From: Podarcis melisellensis
Taxonomy: Eukaryota
DNA length: 64,000 nt
Strand: one strand, 5' to 3'
Assembly (NCBI GenBank): GCA_964234715.1
Contig: OZ174276.1
Below the pieces are notes generated by a model. It saw only the letters and a program-made list of their open reading frames with translations, did no database searches and had not been told where the DNA came from. Shown here in pieces: positions 16,393 to 30,282 of the stretch; the stretch's first letter is position 1; each line of letters begins with the position of its first letter. A program made the position numbers and the translations under genes.

Positions 16393-18059
16393 GTAAGTAA
16401 AAGCTCTTTCTCACCACATGGTAAATTTACCTTGGTTCGTGTTGCATTTAGCATTATTTTGCAAATTAACAATAGCAAGCATACTTGAGAAAGTAAAGTA
16501 AAACTGATGAAACTGAAGAAAACTGAATCAGCTGGATTTCACACTCTGCACATTTGTTTGCTGTCAACACAGATTATTACCATCATTGCAGCATGCAGAC
16601 CTTTCTGGATTTACCTTTGAAATGCTACTTGATTAACATGGATTAAAACCTCCCACAATAATTTTTCAGACATTCATTTTGTAATATACACCTTTTCTGC
16701 TCACCTTTTATATAAGCATTAAAAATTGTGATATGTGGTTAATTGTCATGCATAAAGTCAAGATGCATGCTTGAATCAAAATAATGCCAAAATCCTTAGT
16801 ATTTTATTTGGTAGAGTTTTGGATTTGTGGGCAACTTGCAATTTTTGCTTCTCAGTTTAGTTAAACATAATGTAAGAGGGATCATCTCTCAAAAATTACC
16901 TCAAATTATTTGCTAAAATTTAGCTGCAAACATTAGTTGAACTATTTATTGATACAAATCCAAAAATAATCTCAGATGCACTTTTTATTTTGGATTAAAA
17001 TAGTAAAAATATGTTTTGGATTTTAAAAGCTTGAATAATTTTGGGCTAATTCATTCTCGTGAATATAGTCAAAAACTTTTCTTTTTTTTTTTTGGCCTTT
17101 GTTAATGTCAGAATTGGATGTGGTATCTCTCCTCTGCAAAATACTTCAGATACCACATTGTAAATTATGTTCACAAATGCATAAGATTTTGCATGGTTAC
17201 TACTAGCTTGAATCTCATTTGATAACTTTTAAAAATGGGTTTGACAAATTTATAAAGGTTAAGGCTACCAATGGCTTCCAGTCGTGGTGGCCATGTGCTA
17301 CCACCAGGTAAGTCTCTGCAGGGTTGATGTCAACACCTGGCAACCTTGGACAGCTGCCAGGGCCCACTGCCTACTCTGGGCTCCCTTTAACTTTTTTTTC
17401 TGGCCTGGCAGTCTGGGCATCTGTAGCCAGCTAGACCTAGTAATACTTTTAATTTCCCTCAATTTCCTTATCGATCTTGGTGAGCAGGATCTCAATCTTA
17501 GGGCTTCGGCATGTTTGCATGGGTACAGTGAGACCTTAAAATAGTGTGGCCCCAAACTGCTTGGGGCTTTAAACACCAGCACTTTAAATTGAGCCCAGAA
17601 CTGAACAGGAAGTAAATGCAGTTAATATAGTAGTGCTGTTATATGTTCTTAATGCCTGGCTCCCTACAAGTGTTAGAGCAGTTGCTTTCTGTGCCAGGTA
17701 AAGTTTCAAAATAATATTTAAAGTCTGCCCCATGCAGAACACATTACAATTGTATTGCACAGAATCTCTGTGCACTTGCATAAATCGTGAGGTTTAGGTA
17801 TAACTTGATTAGTATCATAGTAAAATGATCTGCAAGAGAAATTATTCATGTGAATTGGGCTTTCAATGAGAATTATAGCACAGGTGGCTTCCTAAATGCT
17901 ATTGTATCTCAACTCCCATCAGTTCTGAACAGCATGGGCAATGGGTGATGTAGTCCAGCTGCATCTGGAATCCACAGATTCACTATCCCTGAATTAAATA
18001 ATCCCTTACTGTTTGTGCTTCAACAATAATGTAACTTTTCTCCCTCTTTTTTTTTCTAG

Positions 18060-18821
<762 letters not shown>

Positions 18822-19833
18822 CAAATTAACCTGCTGTCATCCTTGTCTGGATGAACCAGTAGTTACAACTGTTATCTCCTCTCCTAAGGAGATGAAGACC
18901 AACGGGGGCACTTGGCTGAGCTACTTTGGGATAGTAAGTGGCAAGAAAGCTCACATTTTTTGAGTTCAATGCTGCTATCCAAGTGATTAAAAACCACATC
19001 CTGAAGTGGACTAAAGCCAGACTGAAAACTTTAAACCGTGCAGATTCAAAAGTACCCCATAAATATTACCCACTTGTTCTGGGTCTAAAGAAAACATAAA
19101 TCAAAACAGAAAAAAATATTTAAAGAGAAGGCCTCATCTTATATTACCTCACTCCACTCACACGTGAGCAAACTTTTCAAGATATTCAAGAGGGCCACCC
19201 ACCTCCACTAGACCAGCTGATGGGGAAAGATTCTTCAGGCTGCTTGTTTGATAAACATTCAAGAGGTTTTTTCATTTAAAAGCAAAATACAGGTGCATTT
19301 AATACATGACTTCTGGGGTGATTTGTGTGTAGCAACTGGAAGAAATGAGAACAGGAGCAACAGAGCACTGGAAATAGCAAAAGAAGTATATTAAGGAATA
19401 TAAACCTGCACTTGCACTCCAACCCTGCTTTTGTCTGGCCTAAAGTTAATTTATTCAAAGAGGGCAGAGTGTAAAGTTCAATTCAAAATGGTGGCTATAA
19501 ATCACTACTGATAAATTTCATACTCTGTATGTCTTTGAAGATTCCATTGTGGACAGTATAACACAGTTACAGGGTGTAGTCTGTTTAGATTCAGTAGTTT
19601 GTTGGTATCAGTTCTAGTAGAGCTGTGGGCATTGTGTTAACACTATTGCAAATGGGCACCAATTCAGATCACCCTGTACATACATCAGCCAGAAGGCACA
19701 ATCACTGTTTCAGATTTTAAAAAAAGAAAAAATTATTAGTGTGTTTGTTTGGTCGAGAAACTGAGACAATCACATTATGGTCACCGAGGGCGGGGGGGAG
19801 AAATTAAAAAATATATAAAAACAAGTCTAATAA
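18822..19833 (+). other. TENM2: TENM2 3' UTR (3' end uncertain, abuts assembly gap)
   Basis: About 1 kb without recognisable repeats after the stop codon. ATTAAA at 19803-19808, and AATAA immediately before the N run. Confidence 0.7.
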
Positions 19834-20013
19834 NNNNNNNNNNNNNNNNNNNNNNNNNNNNNNNNNNNNNNNNNNNNNNNNNNNNNNNNNNNNNNNNNNN
19901 NNNNNNNNNNNNNNNNNNNNNNNNNNNNNNNNNNNNNNNNNNNNNNNNNNNNNNNNNNNNNNNNNNNNNNNNNNNNNNNNNNNNNNNNNNNNNNNNNNNN
20001 NNNNNNNNNNNNN
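19834..20013. other. Assembly gap (180 N)
   Basis: Run of N. Confidence 1.
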
Positions 20014-23000
20014 TGTTTTAGAGATGTCCTGAAAAAAATGAATAGAATAATAGTCAGCAGTGGGGAAATATTACATTATGTTTCTTTCAGATGTAATGCT
20101 TTAAGACTTGTATATGAGGAGGTAAAGATAGCTTGACAGCTATACATATATTAACGGCCGTCCTTTCCAGATAAGGCCTTTTGGAGAATTGCCCTTTCCA
20201 CTGTTCTAATGTACATGGTTGCCTACTTCATTGACTTTGTATGATAAGACTCAGTAGAAAGAAACTCCTGTTACAGACAAGGTTGATGATTTAATTGACC
20301 CACCATAGTAGTGTCTTGCTTGACAAATCTTGCATATTACATTTTTGATAATGTGACAAATATGCATAAGCAAATGTGTGATTTATATATATTTGTGTTC
20401 TGGGACTGCCTGGAGCTCCCCAAAGACCGTGCACTTCATGACTCACAGGTTTGTCGCGCTATATAGCACAAAGCAGTCCATGGTAATATGCAGCATGTGC
20501 AAACTTAGCAATGTCTTCCTCTTTCTTAGATGTTCCTTTTGCTCCCCCACCCTACACATTCCGTTGGATTTTAAAATCCAGGAACTGTTCAACTGGCCTT
20601 CTACACTGTGGCTGTAACGTAAGAAAATATGGTTGCCTGGTTAGAACAATAAACCCAGAAAAGTAGTCTGCAATATAGTAGTGTATGAGGAATTGTATTT
20701 TACACTACAATATAAACTATCATAGCTTTCCAAACAAATCTTGGGATTGGTGAATGACTCGTGAAATGTCTAGTACCCCTCATAGTACCCAGGGCTACCA
20801 TGGGAGATTGCTATTAAATTACCTTAAGCAAGTGTTTAGAAATGCCCATGATTTTGTACTTGGAGTGTCATGTATTAAAATAAAATATGAGATCCAGCCC
20901 TCTCATAAGGCAGAGTGAGGCAGCAGCCTCAAGTGGCAAATGCTGGGAAGCAGTAGCCAGATGTTCAAGGACAGAAAAGTAAGTACTGTGCCGCTTGCCC
21001 TTAGGCTGCTCTCCATAGGTATAGGTGTCATAGAGCAGGGATGTCCAACAGGTCAAAAAAGCTCAACAACTTTGACCTGAACCTCTCCCCCAAAAGGGGT
21101 AGATCACTGCCAGGTGTTTTTTTTTATGTGAGTAGATCGCAGTCTCTTGCAGGTTTTGTTTATCAGTAGGTTATGCCCATGTGGGATTTCAAAACAGACA
21201 CACCCAAATAGTAATTATCCCTTGCATTTCCTGGAGTTCAATCAAACCAGCCTCATAGGTGCTTCAAACACAGTGTTTCCCCAGAATATCAGGGCAACTG
21301 TCACAGCATCTAGGCACATTGCTCATGGTTGACCCAGTGCTTGTAGTTCATTTCTGAAAGCAGCAGCACAAACAGTGGGAGAAGACCGAGTAAAGCTGGC
21401 TCAAACAATTAGTAGCATCCACTTAGCAGCAGATAAAACAAGAGCTGCTAACACTTTCTACCTCACACAGAATATGGGGAGCTGATTTCTTTGTCAAACA
21501 GAGGGGAGCAAGTGTTGCAATCCTGTGAAGAAACTACAATGAGGAAAAGTATAGCCACCCTCCACCTTCCCAGACTGCTTGTGTGCTGCACTGAACAGGA
21601 TTCTCCTACAAGGTTGTGTTGAACTTTATCTCAGCTTCAGTTGACACAACCTGTAGCTTGCACAGGTGAGCTAAATGGTTGGCAGCTGCTTGGAATGCTG
21701 GCCTTAAGCCTATTCTCCTTCCAGCACAGGTGCAAAGAGATCCCACCCAGGCAGCAATCACACCACAGTTTTCTGTGGCAAGTTGTTGAGGACACTTTGC
21801 AGTATTAGAGGAAAAGAAAGGCACCATTGTTCTGCTTATTCTTTTCCTGCCTTAAATTGATATGTACTCAGGAAAGGTATGTGTTGTTTCCTTCTGTCTC
21901 ATATTTGCCTTTTTACAGTCCGTTCATCATGCAGTTTGAATTAGTTGGAGTGGATGTAGCAAGAGACAATCGAAGAACCTATGTGAAGCAGAAAGCAGGA
22001 GGTATATTGGCCCTAACAGGAAGTTGAAATAAGAACTATTGTTTTAGTAATTCTTGTATACCTACAGAGCCTGTCACTCAACAATCTGTTTAACTCCTTT
22101 GTGTAGATATTTTGCCAGCAGGGCCTAAGAGGCCTACCATTAAGTAATGTTCAGACTGCAGTGTCACTGAATGTAAGTAGTCCCGTAGTTTAAAAGGATT
22201 TTTCTGCATTCCTTGTTCTGTTTCCTTGCTAGGTCAGCTATCTGGTGCTGTACAATTCCTCAAGAAGCAAGTACTGTAACTACCTTCCCGAACACCTTTC
22301 ACTTGGCAAGAACGAAAAGCCTATTGAGCATGGCATAACACAGGGTGAATTTGGTTTTCACTGAGATGTAGTTAACATTTTTCTTTAAAGATTTTCTACC
22401 TTACCTTTTAACCATGTTATCCCCAATGTATCTCACAACTTATTGTTTAAAATAATATGTAATCTTTATTGTCTGACATGCATATTTTAGAAATGAGACC
22501 AAGCACAGAAGAATGTAGACAAAAATAAAGTTTACAAACAGCAAAAAGAAATCCATTCAAATTGAATGCTATTAAACACCTTTTTATAAGGAACCTTGAG
22601 CTAAAGTTCTAGCAAAGTGGGTGCCAAGTGGATGGATACGGATAAGTCCAAGTCAATAATCAGAGTGCATAAGGACAATATTGAATTATTTCTTGGATGC
22701 AGCACTTCAGAAAAGAAGGAATCAACTTTCCTTTAATAGCTAATAGAATGGGCTTCATGCATGTATGCTACTGAAATTGAAGGAATACATGTATATAAGC
22801 TACTGAGTGTGCATGAGGGCAATAATGGCAATGAAACATAAGCATTTCACGTAATTGGTTAACAGATTTCTATAACTAAAACAGCCATGTTACTACAAAT
22901 CCCAGCCCAAAATCCATTTAAGATACCAGATGACTTTTTGTTGAGCTGCTAGCTCCCATAGCTCAACCATCAACTCTGGCCTTTGTCTTCCTGACTACCA

Positions 23001-23199
23001 GAGTTGAGAGGAAACCACTCCAATTTTCTGTCTGGCACAAAGCCACGTCCTCTGTTACCTTAATGACCCAAACTTAGGTTATTATCTCGGCACGCAGCTG
23101 AATCCTCCCCCAACACACTCGAAATGTATTTTATCTTCTGTGTCATGCTTAAGATTCAACTGTTAGCACCCTTTCTGCCTCTCTAGTCACACTCTACTA

Positions 23200-23442
23200 C
23201 AGTGGTACCTCGGGTTAAGTACTTAATTCATTCCGGAGGTCCATTCTTAACCTTAAACTGTTCTTAACCTGAAGCACCACTTTAGCTAATGGGGGCCTCC
23301 CACTGCCACTGTGTCACCAGAGCACAATTTCTGTTCTCATCCTGCAGCAAAGTTCTTAACCTGAGGTACTATTTCTGGGTTAGCGGAGTCTGTAACCTGA
23401 AGCGTATGTAACCTGAAGCGTATGTAACCCGAGGTACCACTG
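23200..23442 (+). mobile_element. Tigger-like MITE family A, copy 1
   Basis: TIRs CAGTGGTACCTCGGGTTA / TAACCCGAGGTACCACTG and TA TSD. Homologues at 30811 and 47259. Confidence 0.92.
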
Positions 23443-23444
23443 TA

Positions 23445-23580
23445 CAGGCTTCCTCAAACTCAGCCTTCCAGATGTTTTGAGACTACAATTCCCATCATCC
23501 CTGACCACTGATCCTGCTAGCTAGGGATCATGGGAGTTGTAGGCCAAAAATATCTAGAGGACCAAGTCTGAGGAAGTCTG
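23445..23580. mobile_element. Short hAT MITE
   Basis: TIRs CAGGCTTCCTCAAACT / AGTCTGAGGAAGTCTG with a palindromic interior. 8-bp TSD CTCTACTA at 23192-23199 and 23581-23588. Confidence 0.85.
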
Positions 23581-23735
23581 CTCTACTATATACAACCTGA
23601 GCCTGCTGTAGAGGGGTTCAAAGCATTACACTCAAAGCCCGTTCTGTCTTTCTCATGGCTGCAGCTTTGGATCTAAAACTGCCAGCCCTTCTTATGTGGT
23701 AACCCCTGCTTTTTCCAGCTGGTAAAATGCATCAT

Positions 23736-26700
23736 CCCCTTCATGGATCACTGCCTTGCTGTGGCGAAGGGGCTTGAATAACTCGGAGAAGCTATGAGCT
23801 ACGCCATGCAGGGCCACCCAAGATGGACAGGTGATAGTGGAGAGTTTTGACCAAATGTGATCCACCTGGAGCAGGAACCGGCAAGCCACTCCAGTATCCC
23901 TGCCAAGAAAACTCCATGGACAAAGGCAAAAGGCATATAAAAGTTATGACGCTGGAAGATGAGCCCCTCAGGTCAGAAGGCGTCCAACATGCTACTGAGG
24001 AAGAGCGGAGGACAAGTACAAGTAGATTCAGAGCTAATGAAGCGGCTGGGCCAAAGCCGAAAGGACGCTCAGTTGCGGATATGCCTGGAAGCGAAAGGAA
24101 AGTCCAATGCTGTAAAGCAAAATATTGCATAGGAACCTGGAATATAAGAACCATGAACCTTGGTAAGTTGGATGTGGTCAAAAATGAGATGGCAAGAATA
24201 AATATTGACATCCTGGGCATCAATGAACTAAAATGGACGGGAATGGGCAAATTCAGTTCGGATGACCATCATATCTACTACTGTGGGCAAGAATCCCGTA
24301 AAAGAAATGGAGTGGCCCTCATAGTCAACAAAAGAGTGGCAAAAGCTGTATTGGGATGCAATCTCAAAAATGATAGAATGATCTCGATACGAATCCAAGG
24401 CAGACCTTTTAACATCACAGTAATCCAAGTTTATGCACTAACCACTGGTGCTGAAGAAACTGAAATTGACCAATTCTATGAAGACTTACAACATCTTATA
24501 GAATTGACACCAAAGAAGGATGTTCTTCTCATTATAGGGGATTGGAATGCTAAAGTAGGGAGTCAAGAGATAAAAGGAACAACTGGCAAGTTTGGCCTTG
24601 GAGTTCAAAACGAAGCAGGGCAAAGGCTAATAGAGTTCTGCCAAGAGAACAAGCTGGTCATCACAAACACTCTTTTCCAACAACACAAGAGATGACTCTA
24701 CACATGGATATCACCAGATGGGCAGCATCAAAATCAGATTGATTATATTCTCTGCAGCCAAAGATGTAGAAGCTCTATACAGTCAGCAAAAACAAGACCT
24801 GGAGCGGACTGTGGCTCAGATCATCAGCTTCTTATAGCAAAATTCAAGCTTAAACTGAAGAAAGTAGGAAAAACCACTGGGCCAGAAAGATACAATCTAA
24901 GTCAAATCCCTTATGAATACAGAGTGGAAGTCAGGAATAGGTTTAAGGATTTAGATTTGGTGGGCAGAGTGCCTGAAGAACTATGGATGGAGGCTCGCAA
25001 CATTATACAGGAGGCAGCAACTAAAACCATCCCAATGAATAGGAAATGCAAGAAAGCAAAGTGGCTGTCCAACAAGGCCTTACAAATAGCGGAGGAGAGA
25101 AGGCAAGCAAAATGCGAGGGAGATAGTAAAAGATACAGGAAATTGAATACAGATTTCCAAAAAATAGCAAGGAGAGACAAGAAGGCTTTCTTAAACGAGC
25201 AATGCAAAGAAATAGAAGAAAACAACAGAATGGGAAGAACCAGAGATCTGTTCAAGAAAATTGGAGATATGAAAGGGACATTTTTTACAAAGATTACCAT
25301 AATAAAGGACAAAAGTGGTAAGGACCTAACAGAAGCAGAAGACATCAAGAAGAGGTGGCAAGAATACACAGAGGAACTATACCAGAAAGAAATGGATGTC
25401 TCGTATACCCCAGGTAGTGTGGTTGCTGACCTTGAGCCAGACATCCTGGAGAGTGAAGTCAAATGGGCCTTAGAAAGCACTGCAAATAACAAGGCCAGTG
25501 GAAGTGATGGTATTCCAGCTGAACTACTTAAAATTTTAAAAGATGATGCTGTTAAGGTGCTACACTCAATATGCCAGCAAGTTTGGAAAACTCAGCAGTG
25601 GCCAGAGGATTGGAGAAGATCAGTCAACATCCCAATCCCAAAGAAGGGCAGTGCCAAAGAATGCTCCAACTACCGCACAATTGCACTCCTTTCACACGCT
25701 AGCAAGGTTATGCTTAAAATTCTACAAGGAAGGCTCAAGCAGTATATGGACCCAGAAGTGCAAGCTGGATTTAGAAGAGGCAGAGGAACCAGAGACCAAA
25801 TTGCAAACATGCGCTGGATTATGGAGAAAGCTAGAGAGTTCCAGAAAGACATCTACTTCTGCTTCATTGACTATGCAAAAGCCTTTGACTGTGTCGACCA
25901 CAGCAAACTATGGCAAGTTCTTAAAGAAATGGGAGTGCCTGATCACCTCATCTGTCTCCTGAGAAATTTCTATGTGGGACAAGAAGCTACAGTTAGAACT
26001 GGATATGGAACAACTGATTGGTTCAAAATTGGGAAAGGAGTACAACAAGGCTGTATATTGTCTCCCTGCTTATTTAACTTATATGCAGAATTCATCATGC
26101 GAAAGGCTGGGCTGGATGAATCCCAAGCCGGAATTAAGATTGCCGGAAGAAATATCAACAACCTCAGATATGCAGATGACACAACCTTGATGGCAGAAAG
26201 TGAGGAGGAATTAAAGAACCTTTTAATGAGGGTGAAAGAGGAGAGTGCAACATATGGTCTGAAGCTCAACATCAAAAAAACGAAGATCATGGCCACTGGG
26301 CCCATCACCTCCTGGCCAATAGAAGGGGAAGAAATGGAGGAAGTGAGAGATTTTACTTTATTGGGCTCCATGATCACTGCAGATGGTGGCAGCAGTCACG
26401 AAATTAAAAGACGCCTGCTCCTTGGGAGAAAGGCAATGGCAAACCTAGACAGCATCTTAAAAAGCAGATACATCACCTTGCCAACAAAGGTCCATATAGT
26501 TAAAGCCATGGTTTTCCCAGTAGTGATGTATGGAAGTGAGAGCTGGACCATAAAGAAGGCTGATCACCGAAGAATTGATTCTTTTGAATTATGGTCCTGG
26601 AGGAAACTCTTGAGAGTCCCATGGACCGCAAGAAGATCAAACCTATCCATTCTTAAGGAAATCAGCCCTGAGTGCTCACTGGAAGGACAGATCGTGAAGC

Positions 26701-26943
26701 TGAGGCTCCAATACTTTGGCCACCTCATGAGAAGAGAAGACTCCCTGGAAAAGGCCCTGATGTTGGGAAAGATTGAGGGCACAAGAAGAAGGGGACGACA
26801 GAGGGCGAGATGGTTGGACAGTGTTCTCGAAGCTACAAACATGAGTCTGACCAAACTGCGGGAGGCAGTGGAAGACAGGCGTGCCTGGCGTGCTCTGGTC
26901 CATGGGGTCACAGAAGAGTCAGACACGACTAAACAACAACAAC
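23736..26943 (+). mobile_element. Full-length BovB (RTE clade) LINE, 3208 bp
   Basis: 12-bp TSD AAAATGCATCAT at 23724-23735 and 26944-26955. (CAA)n tail. APE endonuclease motifs (GTWNIRT, IGDWNAKVG, QIDYIL, SDH) and RT motifs (QGCILSP, LRYADD). Confidence 0.96.
23916..26940 (+). pseudogene. BovB endonuclease-reverse transcriptase ORF, interrupted by one in-frame stop (24693-24695)
   Basis: ORF-track entries 23847-24695 and 24924-27029 share a frame. The bridge translates without another stop (LYTWISPDGQHQNQIDYILCSQR...GSDHQLL...). There is an apparent +1 nt near 26912 relative to the second copy. Confidence 0.9.
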
Positions 26944-29900
26944 AAAATGCATCATTGCATCATTGCCCACTCCAGTTCTGCCCCTCCCTACTGCAATTCT
27001 GCCTTTTGTCTCCTGCTAACTATCTCTAGCCCAGGATGGGACTCCACCCCTCTGCATCTGGCAGAGAGTCTTTGCTTTGTTGATGGCTTCCTTGATGAGT
27101 CACCAACCTGTCTTTGTTTGCTTAACGACTTGGCCATTCAGGGTGGCCTGGACACAGGAATACAGATTTCGCCTGTATTTTACCATGCTAAACCCAATGT
27201 TTGGTATCCAGAAATTTGAAAGGGAATCCAGGCACCCCACAAATCCTTAACAATATGTTTACTGTAGTGATTTGTTTTATAGTAATATTGTCTGTAAAAA
27301 CATATCAAAGATGCTTGGAAACAGAAAAGAAGTTACCAAAATACAAGCGCATTGATTCTGGGTAAATACAAGAAGCCCAGGTAATTCCAGGTAAAATATC
27401 AAGTCACTTGGTGGATGAATGCTCCTTACAATAAAATTCTTAATTTATTGTTGGCTAATTCTAACTTACTAGTTGCCCTCTATTATGCACTATCTAAACT
27501 GGGATATAGATGGATTTCTAATTATAGTAGACCCCAACATGTTATTGTCATTAATAGGGTTGTTTAAACCGGAATAGACATAAAATCCTAAGTTAGGGAC
27601 CATTCTGCCAAAATGCCATGACAAAATAACTATATATAAGTAAAGGCAAGCCTATGATCAGGGTTTATAATAACAACAACAATTAAGATTCTGCACTAAA
27701 ATTGCTAGCTAGAGGATGGCGTCCTCCAACACACCTTTGGGCAATAGGCTAACGGGAGGTGCAGGGCAGGCCATGTGGTGCGCACATCTCTGTTCTCCTA
27801 CATTGTCCCATCACTTCTTGCCCTCAGTATCTATTCCTTGGGGCAACTGCCTCAGTTTGCCTAATGGTAGGGCTGGCTCAGGAACCTGTTAATTTCATCC
27901 ATTGTTCCATCAGCAGTTGTCACAATCAGAGGGACCTCAGCAGAAAGGAGCGGGGAGAAAACAGTCTTGCCTTCCTAACTTCTTTACTGGAGACTGCCAG
28001 CACATTTATGCTTTTTGTACAATAATTCTTTTGATATTCAGCTTTGTTTCCAAAAAAATGAAGGAAAAGCAGGAGGGGGAAGGTAAATTTGTATTTAAGC
28101 TTAAAAATGAGCAGTGAACTGTTTTTGATCCCTAAATGATTGCAGGCCAAACAAGCTTTGTTGCTGATCTCAGTCATTCCTATAGTCAATGTTAAATGTT
28201 AGTATCCCTTTTTCTTTTGGTGGTGTACCATTACTATGAAACCACATGGTGGCAGTCTTGTCAAAGATTCCAAAGAACTTTCCCTCTTTGAGAGATGTTG
28301 ATGAAGATGATTCTTTTTCACACAGTCCTAAAGCTGTGTTCATTGTGATACCAAGTTCTGCACTAAGCATAATAATGAAACTGGGCCTAATTTTCTTGTA
28401 AAACTTTTTTTCACATTAACTTTTGAATTAAATCTCTTAAATCTATTTTTTCAACATTCACAAAACCTCTAGCCTAGTAGTAGATGTGATGGAATAGGTT
28501 TTGTATTCTGTTCAGGGTTTGAAATTGGACATTCAAGAAACACACTGTTGGCTAATCACCAGCAACCTGGTTTCTCAGTTTTGGAGATAAACGGAATACC
28601 TCCCACAGCCTAAGTGAACTGGTACAATTTCTCCAAACCATGTATTTGATCAATTTAGATTTCAAATCATTAATATTTATTGTTGCATTTAGTGGTCCAG
28701 CACTGGAAGTAAGCTCACTGCAATGTTCAGCTTGCCGTAGGCCACAAGATGAGCTTATTGTAAAGGAGAATTTTTAACTAAGCACTTGCTGGTTTGTGAT
28801 TTCGTCTCTTAACTACAGTACTATGCTGCCTTTCAAGAATATGAAACTGTCAAATAGAAGAACTACTTCAAGGTGTATAAGATAATTGCCATACACGTAT
28901 GGGGCGGAGCTTCATTGTTCACTTAAAACAGTAGCCTGAACCTTTCATTTCAGAGGCTCTCTGTTGCAAATCAAAAGCAAACATGACAGGGAAACTCTCA
29001 AGCCATAAGCCATCCCTATTATAGCCCCTCTATCACCAAATGTTGTTGGTTACTGAGATTTAGTGGAGAAGGGGCTTAAGCAATGAACAATCACATGCAA
29101 AAGTAATAGCATTTGCATTTATAAGGCATTATGTGTTTTCACTTAAACTGGTACATTTAATGTAAACATACACTAGGCAGAATTCTCATTTACGTTAAAG
29201 AAGCCTGATTTGCTTTTATTTTATTCAACCAATGATCACACAGGCATAAATAGTGGAAAAGAAACACTTGCCTCCAAAACAATACTAAGGTGTTGCTCGT
29301 ATTTGCTAGTTTCATTTGGGGGGAAAATGTGGTTTGGTAGGTGGATATTTGCCAACGTACAGGTATTTGAATATTGATTGTGTAAACATGTATAAATTAA
29401 TCAAAAATATGTGAAGGCAAGCCAGACATTGTCTCTGGACCCATTTGCACTAAACACATGTGAAAGTTATTTAATACTTTTTTAAAAGATGTATTTGTTA
29501 GGTTATCAAAAATGTGACATTGTCCTAAGAAGCATTATAATCTTTTTCTCACAAGCTACCTTTTAAAGAAGGCTGCTTCACACATTACATTACCTTTAAA
29601 TTGTAAACAAATGCAGGCAACAAACATGCCATTTCAGCAAGGCATAAAGCTTGGAAGTGACTGATTCAGAATCTGGCTACTTCCTCCAGGTTCATCTACA
29701 CGTTTGCTAATATATGATGACTGAAGTAGGTTCTTGTTGATATCCTCTGTTCAAAGGTCATTGCAAATGCAGTCTCGTGAAGATCCTTAGAATTATCCTA
29801 CTTCATTTTATTACAGTTTTCCAAGATCTTCAGATAAGGAATTGCCCTCCACACCTCGGTCATATTCAGCAGATCCTGGAGCTCCTGTACCTTTTATACC

Positions 29901-29978
29901 TTTGCACTTCGGAAACTTTTTGCAGAAATAGCTTTTCCTGCTGCTTTAGCACCACCACCAAGTTATACCAAGCCCTAG

Positions 29979-30282
29979 GGGTTTATCTACATTTACGTTC
30001 CCTCTGCTTTTTCCACGCATGGTTTGCGCTTTAAAGCTTTGTGAGTGCCATTTTATTTTTGTTCTGAAGCTTTCCCTGTGAAAAGCTGCTCTTTAAAGCT
30101 GAATGGGAGCAAACAGCAATCCATGGAAAACCTGAATTGCCATTTGTTGCGCCTCAGCTTTCAAGAGCAGGTTTTTGTGGGAAAAGCTCTAGGCAGAAAG
30201 AAAGTAGCACTCAGACACAGAGCTTTAAAGCGCAAACCTCTGCCTGCAAAGAGCAAGGCAAAAGGTAAGAGTGGATAAGCCC
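29979..30282. mobile_element. Foldback MITE, possibly PIF/Harbinger
   Basis: GGGTTTATCTACA / AGTGGATAAGCCC ends flanked by TAG. Internal arms GGTTTGCGCTTTAAAGCT / AGCTTTAAAGCGCAAACC. Confidence 0.7.

Noticed and set aside
19749-20021. ORF spanning the N run
   Set aside because: Artefact of the assembly gap.
23792-26926. Several antisense and alternate-frame ORFs within BovB
   Set aside because: Shadows of the LINE coding strand.
26944-27029. C-terminal extension of the 701-aa RT ORF (QQQQNASLHH...)
   Set aside because: Read-through into the TSD and flank caused by an apparent frameshift near the element end; no evidence of a domesticated fusion.
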